From assembly GCA_963514005.1 (NCBI GenBank), contig OY740788.1:88598001-88662000 (forward strand): a DNA stretch of 64,000 bases, written 5' to 3'. A model generated the notes under the pieces. The model did not search any database. It worked only from the letters and a program-made list of their open reading frames with translations, and was not told the DNA's origin. This document shows positions 38,531 through 50,065 of the stretch, in pieces. Position 1 is the stretch's first letter; each line of letters begins with the position of its first letter. The position numbers were made by a program, and so were the translations under genes. The DNA is from Raja brachyura. Lineage: Eukaryota.

Positions 38531-38848
38531 GGGCGGCAGGTGGTGCAGCGGTAGAGTTGCTGCCTTACAGAGCTTGCAGCGCCAGAGACCCGGGTTTGAT
38601 CCCGAATGCGGGTGATGTCTGTACAGAGTTTGCACGTTCTCCCCATTATCGTGTGGATTTTGTCAGAGATCTGCGGTTTCCTCCCACACTCCAAAGGCGT
38701 ACAGGTTTGTAGGTTAATTGGCTTGGTTTAAGTGTAAATTGTCCCTAGTTTATTTAGGATAGTGTTAATGTGCAGGGATCGCCGGTCGGTGCGGACTCAG
38801 TGGGCCGAAGGGCCTGTTTCTGCACTGTAGCTCTAAACTACACTAAAC
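38531..38848 (+). mobile_element. tRNA-derived V-SINE (HE1-like), near full length
   Basis: A-box-like TGGTGCAGCGGTAG, B-box-like GGTTTGATCCC, V-core, CR1-like 3' end GGGCCGAAGGGCCTGTTTC and TAAAC tail. Confidence 0.82.
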
Positions 38849-41761
38849 TCTGCCTCAGGGAGTTGTAGAAGCTAGACCATTTAAAGTACTGAAGGTGGAG
38901 GTAGATAACCTTTTGAGGGATCGGGAGAATCAACAGCGATTTTGCACCGAGGATGAGATGAGTTCTGGGCAGATCAGCCATGATCATATTGAATGGTGAG
39001 GGAAGCTTGAGGGGCCTGGTTTGGAATTACCTACTTCTCTTTGTTGTGTGATCAAAACATTGAACCAAAATTAAAAATAAATGTAGAAGCATTGGAGGCA
39101 TGAAGAGGGGAAAATGATTAGCAGAGAGTTGGAGGGATTGAGAACTAGCTGCTTGATCGAAACAGGATGGCGGATGCGGAGAGAATTTTTGAATGGAAGG
39201 CTCTGTGGATTGGTTCTCCCCAGCCTCTTGCTTTTGGTTAACATAAAATACAAAATTTATGAAGCTTGCAGTTATTATCAAATATTGGCAGTGTCACTGA
39301 TAGTGAAGCAGAATGTTTGCAGCCACAGGAGGGCAGCACTAGATTGTCCATTGATTGGGTGGCATGTGGAATTCAATCCAGAGAAGGGTGAAGTGATGGA
39401 CCAACACAACATGCTGTAGTAACTCAGTGGGCCAGGCAGCATCTCTGGAGAAAAGACTAGGTGACATTTTGGGTTGAGACCCTTCTTCAGGCCAACTACA
39501 GACCTTCTTCGTGTCTGAAGAAGGGTCTCGACCCAAAATGACATCTGTTCCTTTTATCCAAAGATGCTTCTGACCTGCTGAGTTACCAGAACATTTTGTT
39601 TCTATCTCCAGTGTAAACCAGCTTCTGCAGCTCCTTCCTACACTCTTTGTCTGTTCCGCTGTGAAATCTCCTCAAGGTTTATCTATTTTGAAGAGGTTCT
39701 CCTCTGATGGGAGTTCTGCAACACCCTTTCTCGCTGCTCCTCCTCTGTGGCTCTGAAGAAGGGTCTCGACCTGAAACATCACCTATTCCTTTTTCCCAGA
39801 GTTGCTGAGTTACTCCAGTATTTTGTGTCTACCTTCGGTGTAAACCAGCATCTACAGTTCCTTCCTTTACACAGTGAAGTGATAGATTTAGGGCAAGGCC
39901 AACTTGGTTAGCTCCGTCTAGCCGAACCCTCTGGGCATTCTGGATCAGAGCACACCACCACTCCTTTGGGATTGGCATTAGAGAGCAACTGGACACTGGA
40001 AGATCCTGAAAAGATAAGACTATGTTTAAAATCAGTGGTGAGTAAAGGCAACTCTGGCAGGAGTGATAGATTGGGATACATGAATAATTAATTTACATAT
40101 ACCACCAAACGATGTTCAATATAACTGGGATGACGCGTTAAGAAGAGAGTGGTTTGATATTGATGAATCTAAAATCTATGTCGACATATTTTCCCTCAAT
40201 AAATCCCATCTTCCATAGTCTGGCCACTCAATGCCTCTGCCTGTATCTTTGTAATTTGCACGACATCCTCTGCTTCCGAATTCAGTCGTGTCTGTACACA
40301 TGGAACATCATGTGAACAAGTGTGAACATCATCCGGTCACTGTCTAAATTATTAACTGAGTTTCACTCGCCACTTTGCTGTCTGACCCACTAAATGCTTC
40401 CAGGATTTTCCTTCAGATCTGATTCTGCTTTTATATATAACTCTGAATTCTCCCATCTGGTTAAAAGTGCAGATCCCTCAGGATTACCAAGGATTGCCTG
40501 GAGTATTGCGTACAGTTCTGGTCTCCAAATCTATGTTTCTATGATTGCCATTTGACACACTCAGTGAAGCATGGAACTTCTCTGTCTCTTGTTTTACAAA
40601 GTTACCTCATATTTTGTGTGCCCACATTTTTGGAACCTAATGAAATCCTTCCTGCAAATAAATGGAGGCAATATCCACAAAAGTTTCATCATCATCATCA
40701 CTGACAATGAGGGAGAAGTTGTCGTCTTCAAGCCATATTACTGAGCTCTCTATCTCCTTCCCCAATGTCTGTGAAAAAGACTGTGATTGCTGACAAGACT
40801 CTCAACTGTTCATGTACCAAGTCTCACATTTCTGCTCTCATTCCCTCTCCATCCACCCAGAACAAGGAAAGGTTCCCCTTGTCCTCATCTCCCACGTGTC
40901 AGTTCCACATTATTAATGAGGGTTTTCAACCCTTTGCATGCAGTGCCTTTTTACTTCAACCCAAAACCTGCCAAACAACCCTTTGCATGCAGAGCAATTG
41001 TGGCAAAGGACCTTGGCTTAGAATAGCAGATTCCCACTAGTCACAGACCTCCATCCAGAATATCTTCCTTCCACGTCCCTGTGTCTTCTATGATTAATCC
41101 ATTTCTGAATGCATATGACCAAGTCATCGTGACATCCAGACATCTTACATTTGTGGATCAGCTTATCATGAGAGAACTTGTCAAAAGCCTTACTAAAATC
41201 CATGCCTACAACATCCACTGCCTAACCTTCATCAGTTAATAGTGCAACTCCTCCAGTACATTTACCTCCCTCTACCACACCTGAAACATCAAAAACCTGG
41301 AACGTTAAGCTGCAAGTTATGTCCTGTTTGATAGCTTTGATATCTGTAGATCCTACATACTGAATAGGTTCTATATCAGTTCTTAAACTAATTCATTATC
41401 TATTTCCAGGCTTACTAAAAATGTTCTCATTCTGATAACAATATTGATTAGTGCGGGTGTCAGAGGTTATGGGGGAGAAGGCAGGAGAATGGGGTTGGGA
41501 GGGAGAGATAGATCAGCCATGATGAATGGTGGAGTAGACTTGATGGGCCTAATGGCTTAATTCTGCTCCTATCACTAATGATCACTGATGATCTTATGAT
41601 ATGATATTCATTTAGTGTGAGGATTTTGCTAGATCTCCATGTGCGGGCAGTAGAGGGTCAGGAAGTGGTAATGGTGATTGGCATTTCCGTGGGAGAACAT
41701 TTTTGGAACAGTGTTCACAACTCCATCAGATTTTTATCATAGTTCTGAATAAGGATACGTC

Positions 41762-42050
41762 TGGGGTTACACAAAAAGCTGGAGAAACTCAGCGGGTGCA
41801 GCAGCATCTAAGGAGCGGAGGAGATAGGTGACGTTTCGGGTCGAGACCCTTCTTCAGACTAGTTAGGGATAAGGGATCTAGAGATATAGATGATGATGTA
41901 GAGAAATAAAGAACAATGAATGAAAGATATGCAAAAAATAACGATGATAAAGGAAACTGGCCATTGTTAGCTGTTTGTTGGGTGAAAACGAGAAGCTGGT
42001 GCCACTTGGGTGGGGGAGAGATAGAGAGAGAGGGAATGCTGGGGTTACTT
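41762..42050 (-). mobile_element. Penelope-type terminal repeat fragment
   Basis: Reverse complement of the 9124-9400 sequence. Confidence 0.65.
41830..41857 (-). ncRNA. Minimal hammerhead-ribozyme-like motif
   Basis: Minus strand CTGAAGAAGGGTCTCGACCCGAAACGTC, identical to the 21356-21383 copy. Confidence 0.6.
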
Positions 42051-42544
42051 GAGACCAGTATGTTCCATAAGGAGAAGGGAAAGAATGGGAAGCAGGAGGC
42101 AAAACTTTGTAAATTTGGCCAAAAAGGAAACAGAAGCATTTATAATATGTGGGGAGATGAAATCAGACAGGAACTTTAAGGAATATAAAGAAAGCAGGAA
42201 GGAACTAAAGCAGGGAAGTAGGTGGACCAAAGGGGCCATGAAATGCCCCTGACAAACAGAATTAACAACAATCCCAAGGCATTTAATACACACATTTAAA
42301 CAAGTGGGTAACTAGCGAGAAGATAGGATCACACATTGCAAAATGAGGGATTTGATGCTTGGAGTCAGAGGATGCGGGTGAGGTACTAAAGGACTACTTA
42401 GCATCAGTATTCAACAAGGAGAAGGACATGTAGGAGAGTGAGATCAGTGGGGTTCAGCTCCTATGCCAGTACGTTTACAAATAACACAAAAATGTATGGG
42501 ATTGTGGACAGTGAAGAAGGCTGCCCGAAGATCCAGCAGATTAT

Positions 42545-42790
42545 ACAGACATTAACACTATCCAACACACATTAGGGACAATTTTACATTGATAGCAAGC
42601 CAATTAACCTACAAACCTATATGTCTTTGGAGTGTGGGATGAAACCAAAGATCTTGGAGAAAACTGACCCGGTCACGGGGAGAACGTACAAATTCGGTTC
42701 AGACAGCACCCGTAGTCAGGATCAAACCCGGGTCTTGGGTGCTGTAAGCTCTGTAAGGCACAACTCTACTGCTGCACCACCATGCCACTC
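42545..42790 (-). mobile_element. V-SINE (HE1-like) copy
   Basis: Reverse complement of the 38531-38848 family head and core. Confidence 0.75.
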
Positions 42791-43193
42791 TTAAACATCA
42801 GGTTTAAGGTGAGAAGAGGAAAATTTAAAGAAGATACAAAGCCGTTTTTTACTATATTTGGGCACCAGGAATGTACTGTCAGTGGTGATTGTGGATATGA
42901 TAGTAGCATTTAAGCAGCTTTTAGATAGGCAGGTAAATATGCAGGAAATGGAGGGATGTGCAGGCAGGAGAGATTAGTTTAAGTAGGCGGCATGTTCAGC
43001 GCGGACATCATGGGGCGTAGGGCCTGATGTTGAACGCTGAAAGTTCTTGCTGTTACTCTGTTTTTCTTACAACTGCATCCTCCCTACAAATCTCCCCAAA
43101 TGGAGCAGAATTGTACTGCAGATCTATCTTTAAGCCAATGGTCCACATCCAATACAAGAGCAATAGGGTTATAATGGTGGGGGATTAATACTT

Positions 43194-43685
43194 AGACAAC
43201 AGACAACAGATAATAGACAATAGGTGCAGGAGTAGGCCATTCAGCCCTTCGAGCCAGCACCGCCATGCAATGTGATCATGGCTGATCATCCCCAATCAGT
43301 ACCCCGTTCCTGCTTTTTCCCCATATCCCCTGACTCCGCTATTTTTAAGAGCCCTATCTAGCTCTCTCTTGAAAGCATCCAGAAAACCTGCCTCCACCGC
43401 CCTCCAAGGCAGAGAATTCCACACTCACCACTGTGTGAGAAAAAGTGTTTCCTCGTCTCCGTTCTAAATGGCTTACTCCTTATTCTTAAACTGTGGCCCC
43501 AGGTTCTGGACTCCCCCAACATCAGGAACATGTTTCCTGCCTCCAGCGTGTCCAAACCCTTAACAATCTTATATGTTTCAATAAGATCCCCTCTCATCCT
43601 TCTAAACTCCAGAGTGTACAAGCCCAGCTGCTCCATTCTCTCAGCATATGACAGTCCCGCCATCCCAGAAATTAACCTTGTAAGC
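43194..43685 (-). mobile_element. CR1 3' fragment (TATTGTC-tail subfamily)
   Basis: ORF 43358-43780 contains LEFRRMRGDLIETYKI; tail AGACAACAGATAATAGACAATAGG. Confidence 0.85.
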
Positions 43686-44824
43686 CTATCTGATGAAGTA
43701 AAGGGAAGCATTTGGCAGGCATTGGCAAATGAAAACAGGAGAGACACTTGGGTATAAAGAGAGTAAAAGACTGCTTTCAATATAAATTAGGAGAGGAAAG
43801 GGACAAGAATAAATATCACTGACAGTCCAAATTAAGGAGAATCCCAAGGATTGAACAATTGTATTAGAGTAAGAGGGTAACCAGGGAAAGAGTAGGAGCC
43901 AAGGAAAGTGAGGCTGTTACAAAGAACAATGGGGACCCGGCATGGGGGGGGACGGTCGTGAGGGACGGTGGGAGAACAGAGTGGGAACTGGTGTGTGGGG
44001 GCACTTTAGTTTTAGAATCCTCTTCTGCGTTTGTTTGTTTGTTGTTTGTCCGTTCGTTCTGGTTAAGGCGCTGTGCACACGGCAGCCAGCCAACACTTTT
44101 AATTTCAAGTATTTGTGTACCTTGTGTGTTGTGACTGTTGGCAGACCAATTTCCCTCCGGGGATGAATAAAATGTTATCGTATCGTATCGTAAAAGTGCT
44201 GCCAGATGCTGTGAAGTTTTGTATCTTCTGCCCGACAGGAGAGGGGACAAGTAGGAATGACAGGGGAGTGAATGGTCTTTCACGATGTTGGTTGCTTTCC
44301 CGAGGCAGCGTGGAGTGTAGGGTAGAGTAATAGTAAGATTAAATGAGAACTTACCAGTTTGAAGTTTGATCTTGATTTTATGAGGAGTTACGATGAGGGA
44401 TTACGTGAAGAAGGCCGTCAGTCGTCATGTGCGTCAATCTTCAAAGCAGCGGTGCAGAATCACAGATAAAAAGAAGTTAACCTAAAGATAGTAAGATTAG
44501 AAGAACTAGAACTACCAGATGACCTGATTATATGAGGGCCGGGAGCGGTGGGCACGTAATCGCTCATCGTAACTCCTCATAAAATCAAGATCAAACTTCA
44601 AACTGGTAAGTTCTCATTTAATCTTACTATTTTACTTCGGAGTCACGTGAGTGACTACGTGAAGATTTCAAAGCTCTGTGATTTCACGCCGGTTTGAATC
44701 CAGGTGTCACACACTGAATGGACTGACCATGGATGAGTGGGAAAATATTAATGCATTCAGACATAACATGGTTAAGTAACAAAACTGATGCTTTAATGTA
44801 AAATGAAAACAATAATGACCCCGC

Positions 44825-45595
44825 TCAACCTGGAGGGAAACTATAAACAGAATTCCAAATGGTACGTGCAATGGGTTTCTTATAAAACCGGCGGAACATC
44901 TTCTCATTGGCCCATCCTGCCGCCGCTAGGATGTTGTCGAGGGGCACGTCCATAGCCCTTGCTGCCGATGTTGATGCTGCCCTGGTGGAGTGAGATTTGT
45001 AAATATCAGTATCTACTCCTGCAAGTGCCAGTACCTCTATTAGCCATCTGGAGATGGTTTGTGTGGACACCCTATGGTGTAGTTTTTTGTGGCTGATTAG
45101 GACAGCTAACTCTGTGCCTCTGAGGCTGCTGGTGACTGTAATATAGTGATCTACCACACACAGTCGCAGATCTTCAGGGTATGCCAAGAACTCAAGCCTG
45201 GGTCCTGGCACCCTGGCCCTGCCCTGTTTTACTAATTCATTTATGATAAAAGTTATGGTGTTGACAATGTTGTGCATGTTGCAGTTTGTGTAGGGTCTGG
45301 ACTCGTAGGGTGCGTTGTAACGAGCGCCGTTAGCATGCCCACCTTGAGGGTGAGCTTTCGTAAGGGTAATGTTGTGGCTGGCCCCCACTGTCGGAGTAGC
45401 GTCAGCACCACACGTACATCCCATGTGTTGGTATATCGCGGCCTGGGGGGGTGCAGTGTTATATATGCCTTTCATGAATCTGGTGATAAGAGGATGCTTC
45501 TCCACTGGTAAGGCCCCTGTTGCCAGTACTATATACGAGGGCAGTGCACTCCTGGCACTATTGATGGCACTGTAGCCTAATTTGTGGTGTGCCAT
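44825..45595 (-). pseudogene. DIRS tyrosine recombinase remnant
   Basis: SAINSARSAL, HPLITRFMKGIYN, TISRW, HSTRAASTS and ILAAAGWANEKMFRRFY; frameshifted, with the N-terminus deleted. Confidence 0.88.
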
Positions 45596-45961
45596 ACCGG
45601 ATAAACATTGTCTGTAATCACTTCATGATTCAACATCCATTCTGTGTTATCATTAAGTTTTCGTGACCTAGTGTCCGCCACCATATTATATCTACCTGGC
45701 AGGTAGATAGCCGAGACCCAAATGTTCCTTGCAATACACCAATGCCAAAGGAGGTTTGCCAATTTATCACATGACTAGGTTTTATTCCACACATGTGATT
45801 GACATACGCCACTGCCGTGGTGTTGTCAATCTGTAGTTGTACATGCACATGATGCATGTTGCTGCAATAAGCCTTTCAGCCATAGAGCGCTCCCAACAAC
45901 TAGTTAATACCATATTGTTGTAGGATTGAGAACTCCTGCACATTCAATCTGCCCCGGCAGC

Positions 45962-46903
45962 AGGTGCGGGTTAACAAGATGGCGGCGCTGGGTTAACAGC
46001 TGCGGCCCACCTGCAGTCTGTCTGTTATTTTATTTTTATGTCCTGTTTTTTGGTTGGGTTCGTTCGTTTTGTTGGATTGTGTATGTGGGTGGGGGGGGAG
46101 TAACATGTCCGGGTCTCTTCCTTCTGGGGAGGGGGGGTGCGACTTTCTGTCGTATTCCCCGTCTCTGTCTGCACCGAGGCCTAATGGCAGAGCTGGCGGC
46201 CTCGGGCCCGGAGCGGTTCCAGCAGCGGCGGCGGCAGCAGCGGCGGCGGCCCGACTCCCGGAGCGGTTTCAGCAGCGGCAGTGGCGACGGCGGCAGCAGC
46301 GGCCCGACTCCCGGAGCGGTTTCGGCAGCGGCGACGACGGCAGCAGCGGCCCGACTCCCGGAGCGGTTCCAGCAGCGGCGGCGGCGGCAGCAGCAGCGGC
46401 CCGACTACCGGAGCGGTTCCAGCAGCGGCGGCGGCGGCAGCAGCGGCCCGACTACCGGAGCGGTTCCAGCAGCGGCGGCGGCGGAAACCCGACTCGGTCC
46501 CGGGGCGGCGACCCGATTTGGTCCCGGAGCGGTTGCAGCGGCCCGACCACGGGCTCGATGGACCCCCCAGGCCGCGGAGTTGAACCGGCCCATTCGTGGA
46601 GCTCGGTTGCACCGCGGGACTGACTTACCATCGCCCAGTACGGTCGCGGCATCTGAGGCCTGGTTCACCTCGGCGCAGAGGGAAACAAAGAGGGAAGAGA
46701 CACAGACTTTAAGATTTTGCCTTCCACCTCAGTGAGGAGGTGTTTGGTGAACTCACTGTGGTGGATGTTAAATTTGTGTTTATTGTGTGTTCTGTCATTT
46801 TTTATTTATTTATTTTTAATAATATGTATGACTGCAGGGAAACAGAGTTTCGTTCGGACCGAAAGGTCTGAATGACAAATAAAGAATCTAATCTAATCTA
46901 ATC
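45962..46903 (+). mobile_element. Non-autonomous LINE-tailed element inserted in the DIRS RNase H region
   Basis: Near its start it has AAGATGGCGGC; internal CAG/CGG-rich minisatellite (46205-46485); 3' hairpin TTCGGACC-GAAA-GGTCTGAA, AATAAA and (ATCTA)n tail. DIRS coding sequence resumes on both sides. Confidence 0.72.
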
Positions 46904-47826
46904 TGCTGGTATCTGTTGCCCCCCAACCCAGGCCACTTGCATCAGTTTGTATTATGACCGATGGTGTGTCAATTTGAATATCCTTAGAACAATGATGTAC
47001 ATTGGTAGCCCGCCAGTGTAACTCCACAATAGCGTCTGGTGGTAAATGCATATGTTCCCCGAATTTGCCTGCGTGAGCTTTAAGAGTTCTTTCCTTTGCT
47101 CTTTGTAAATTTTGGTAATGCAATTGTCCATAGCGTACACCTGGAAAGGCTGCAAAAAGCTTGCTAATTATGCTTGCTACTTGTCTGATTGTTGGTCTCT
47201 GATTAGCAATTAGCTTGTTGCAGGCTTCCTTCAATGCTGATTGCTTGTCAGCTGGCAGTCACTGACATTTGATTTGAGTTGATAGTAAACCCTAGGTAAT
47301 CAATTACCTTGATTGGAGTCAATTTCAACTTAACTGGATGGATCACAAATCCCAACCTCTCAAACATGTGTTTGGTGGCTGTAACAGATGCTATTGCTGA
47401 TTCCTTTGTGTTGCCAATTATTAGAATATCATCCAAATAAGCCATCACAATGTGGCTCTGAGCTCTTAGCAGTCCAAGAACTGGTTTTAGTAATTTTGTA
47501 AAGAGCCTGGGTGCTGAAGTCAATCCATTTGGCAATGCCTTGAATTGCCACATTTGCCCCATCCAATTAAATTTCAAATATCTCCTGTGTTCCCTGTGTA
47601 TAGATACGGAGTAATAAGCATCTTTGAGGTCATTGCAAGCCATATAACATCCTTCGGAGACCAGCTGGATAGCTGTACCAAAGTTGTCCATTTTAAAATG
47701 TTTATATTGCACATGGGTATTGAGTTCCATCAAGTCTAGGGTAATACGACTCCGTCCATCTTTCTTTGGCTTGGGGAATATATTCGATACGAATTGGTGT
47801 GATTCTGGGCGAGACCTCTGAATCAC
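46904..47826 (-). pseudogene. DIRS reverse transcriptase / RNase H remnant
   Basis: FVSNIFPKPKKDG, HFKMD, DLKDAYY, LPNGLTSAPRLFTK, YLDD and IQTDASGLGWGA. The RNase H continues at 45577-45857 (QIDNTTAVAYVN). Confidence 0.9.
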
Positions 47827-49702
47827 CCCTTTTACTTTTAAAGCCTACATTTCAGCCTGTATCTCAAACCTGTGTGGTCCTGGGCTCCTGCCTCCCTCCC
47901 TGGGACTGCTGGACTCTGCCTCCTGTCCACGAGCCCCTAGGCTGGTTGCGCCTGTTGTGGAAGGTGGCATGGGGATGCCCTTGTAGTGATGAGCCCCTGG
48001 GTGGAGTTGGAGTCCGGCTCATGAGGCGGAGAGTCTTGGCCTCGTCATCCAGCTCTCGTACCTGCTTCGCCAGATCTGCCCCAAACAAATAGTTTGCCAG
48101 CTGTACATTGCTGGCTTTACACAGCACGGCAAACGTCTGGTTCAGTGCTGGTCATATGGCACTCTTCCGCAGACAGTTAATTTCAAATAAGGCATTGCAG
48201 AGGAGCCCCACTGCATCCTGTTGTGTCTACGTCAGTGGCCCGCCATCAATAGACCTGGCAAATGCCGTTACCCCCGAGGCCAGTATTTTCAGAATTTTCT
48301 GAAGTTTTACTTCCTGGGCTCTTACCCCTGGCCCAATATGGCCCCAGATGGCATGGATTACAGCAGGCACACTGAGGGAGGCACAGTTGACAGGGGTGCT
48401 GTATCGGCCCGTAGTCTCCTCCATTATCTGGTCTTTTAGCTGGTGCGAGGCCAGATAGTTAATGGTGGTGGCCAGTTCTTCATCCAGAGCCTCTCCGGTA
48501 TGGGTGGGTAGGGCAAACCTGGATGCCAATAATGGCACTGTTGCCCCTAGGTCCCCAGGGTGTTCCCCTGATGTGCCTCCCTGCTCCGAGTCGGGTACTG
48601 CTGACTCCGTGTACTCCCTCTATGGATAGGGAGACACTTTGCAGCCCTGTCTGTATAAGGTGCTGCTAACACGAGCTCCCGTGGAGACCCGGTGTGATAC
48701 TGCTCCCTCCTCTGGAGCAGATTATTCTGGAGGCACCTCTCCAAAAGGTACTCCATCTGCGAGAGACGTCCGCAGAAGCTTCCCATGTGGGAGGTGATTC
48801 CTCCGGCCCGGACTCATCAGAGTCTACGGGTCTAACAGACTTGTGTGTGTCTTTGCGCCCCGGCGGGGCTGCCAGGGTGCTCTCCTGTAGCACCAAGTCT
48901 GCTACCGCTGGTTCCAACACTGGCGGCCTGGAAGGTGACTCGGACAGCCGTCCGCTACCCGCAGCACCGCGGTCTTCCGTAGCCAGCTTCGCAGACCGTT
49001 TCCGCACCATCAACATGGTAGGTCCATACTGTTGAAAGAAAACTTACAACCGAATCCTACCAAGCAACGACCGTAAGTAACTAGTTTAAACACTTACCTC
49101 GGTTTTTAAAACTTACCGCTGGAGAGACCCAATCACGCCTGCCAGTCCGTCGTTCACGCATGCTTCAGACTTAATGACGCGCATGACGACTGGCGGCCTT
49201 CTTCACGTAGTCACTCACGTGACTCTGAAGTAAAATTGCCAAACTAGGCTGTGATGTCATCAATAGGATGCTTTATGTGGTCCATGTGTACACATTGGTA
49301 AGAGGTGTTGGAAGCATGCTGAATTTCCTTAGTCTGCTGTATCTGACTCTGCAACAGAATCTTATATGGACTAAATGAATGTTACTAGAACTGCCAGCTT
49401 TGTTCCTGATTTACTGCTCAGTTTAACACACTGTGTACAGTCAACAAGCACTTACATGGAGCAGGATTTAACCTTTGATATTCAGTGTTTGTACTTTAGA
49501 GCTGTTGCTTTTACCAAAGGTATTCTTTGTCATTTCAGTGCAGAGTGAAAGAGCGAAGCTCAGGAGAAAACTAAAGAGTTTACAAATTGAGGATACATGT
49601 GCAGAACATTCATAAATATCCAACAGCTTTCATGCTGCCTTTTGTTTCAAATTATTTTTGTGCTCATCATCTGTTCTGATCTTTGGTTGTTATTACCCAC
49701 AG

Positions 49703-50065
49703 GTCTAACGGCAAACACATCCCTGATCCAATCCCCAGGAGCTCTGGTGGTGCGTGAAGGTGAAACAGTGGAGATACGGTGTGCCCTGAACAGCACCAAT
49801 GTGAAGAACATTGTGAACAAGTTCAACGTTCACTGGTACAACTCACGTAATGAATTAACTGATAAAGGGTTCAAACTTAGTCTTTATGTGAGTGGCAAAA
49901 CCTACAGGTCATCGGGCTTCTCCGAGCGATTTCAGCTTACCAGGGACATCGCCAGTAACAGCTACTCACTGACCATCAGAGAGGTGAAGATTGCCGACTC
50001 TGCTGATTACATCTGTGGCATTTGGGGGAACTTATTTGGAAATGGAACCCAGCTGAATGTAACCA
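49703..50065 (+). CDS. Exon 2: V-set Ig domain with germline-fused J/G strand (VJ domain 1)
   Basis: Acceptor TTACCCACAG|GT, donor A|GTGAGT, 363 nt, phase 1-1. Translates (G)LTANTSLIQSPGALVVREGETVEIRC...VHWY...ERFQLTRDIASNSYSLTIREVKIADSADYICGIWGNLFGNGTQLNVT with canonical C-W-C, DSADYxC and FGxGT. Confidence 0.93.

Larger units (their letters stand above)
44329..49235 (-). mobile_element. DIRS1-type tyrosine-recombinase retrotransposon (copy 2) with intact termini and ICR
   Basis: Inverted repeat 44402-44436 / 49175-49209. ICR 44553-44665 is the fused complement of both outer ends. Gag, RT, RNase H and YR remnants occur in the expected order on the minus strand. Confidence 0.92.

Noticed and set aside
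38531-38615. tRNA gene
   Set aside because: tRNA-like A and B boxes are the head of a V-SINE and continue into the SINE core and tail.
45926-46735. Ala/Gln/Arg-rich ORFs
   Set aside because: GC-rich CAG/CGG minisatellite open in several frames on both strands, inside an inserted repeat.
49597-49702. In-frame ATG with hydrophobic stretch as a same-exon signal peptide for V domain 1
   Set aside because: The hydrophobicity comes from the T-rich acceptor region. A good CACAG acceptor and a phase-matched leader exon at 15204 explain the structure better. Not fully excluded without transcripts.
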